This document shows, in pieces, positions 63,708 to 64,000 of a stretch of DNA of 64,000 nt (positions are counted from its first letter, which is position 1; each line of letters begins with the position of its first letter). The notes beneath the pieces were generated by a model. That model was not told the origin of the DNA, searched no databases, and saw only the letters and a list, made by a program, of their open reading frames with translations. This DNA is from Escherichia coli (GTDB taxonomy: Bacteria; Pseudomonadota; Gammaproteobacteria; Enterobacterales; Enterobacteriaceae), in NCBI GenBank assembly GCA_032372955.1, contig GCA_032372955.1_4725.1; one strand, given 5' to 3'. Made by a program: the position numbers and the translations under genes.

Positions 63708-64000
63708 TCAACCTCCAACAGGCGTGTCGGCTTCATCCGGCATTTTCTTCAGGAACGCTTCTTTTGTTAAGAAGAGATACTGAACATCGTTGTGGCTTTT
63801 CGCTAAGAAGCTATTGCTACCACGCGTAACACGACTATAACCCAACGGTACCGGGTCGTCTTCGGTGAGCGATTCTGCCAGTTTCAGCATTTCGTAAGTG
63901 AACGTGATGAATTCACGTGTCGCATCGTCGATACGGTTAATGTCGATGCTGGTTGTGCTGATGAGCGCGTATTGCGGCCAACGATCGTAGAACTTAAGTT
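63708..64000 (-). CDS. hypothetical protein, 5' end outside window
   Basis: I translated the minus-strand frame by hand and found it open from 63708 to the window edge, with no stop upstream of the first ATG at 63890. Confidence 0.55.
   Translation of the reverse strand, partial: LKFYDRWPQYALISTTSIDINRIDDATREFITFTYEMLKLAESLTEDDPVPLGYSRVTRGSNSFLAKSHNDVQYLFLTKEAFLKKMPDEADTPVGG

Overview
This window looks like part of a large virulent tailed phage, probably of the giant/jumbo class, with enterobacterial-style codon usage. I call about 58 tightly packed protein genes, mostly on the + strand and often translationally coupled through ATGA or short overlaps. I found no tRNA, rRNA, CRISPR array, integrase or transposase.

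Genes I can recognise from motifs:
- a 740-aa, strongly codon-optimised putative major capsid protein (17427-19649)
- a possible portal (26273-29182, minus strand), assigned from size and context only
- two tail-fibre genes built from NPHxVTKAQVGLG repeats; one ends in an S74 intramolecular-chaperone domain
- a gpV-like baseplate spike
- a GH108-type endolysin
- a DnaB-like helicase
- an SbcC/Rad50-like ATPase
- a RuvC-like resolvase
- a thymidylate kinase

Most other ORFs have no function I can assign. Several of them fall into lineage-specific paralog families: a 4-member family at 725-7956, a 5-member family at 31681-47260, and a tandem family of small proteins at 49570-51341.

The most unusual signals are non-coding:
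1. One conserved pyrimidine/purine hairpin occurs 11 times, at transcription-unit boundaries.
2. Hairpins are repeatedly followed by a (T)TTATG(C) tail.
3. A gap-free 25-nt promoter-like motif containing TA(T/C)ATTAC occurs 4 times.
4. A ~780-nt ORF-free region (47315-48097) has a stem-loop array in its 5' half and an AT-rich 3' half enriched in GATAAC/AGATAA.

All functional calls come from reading motifs by eye. No database search was possible.
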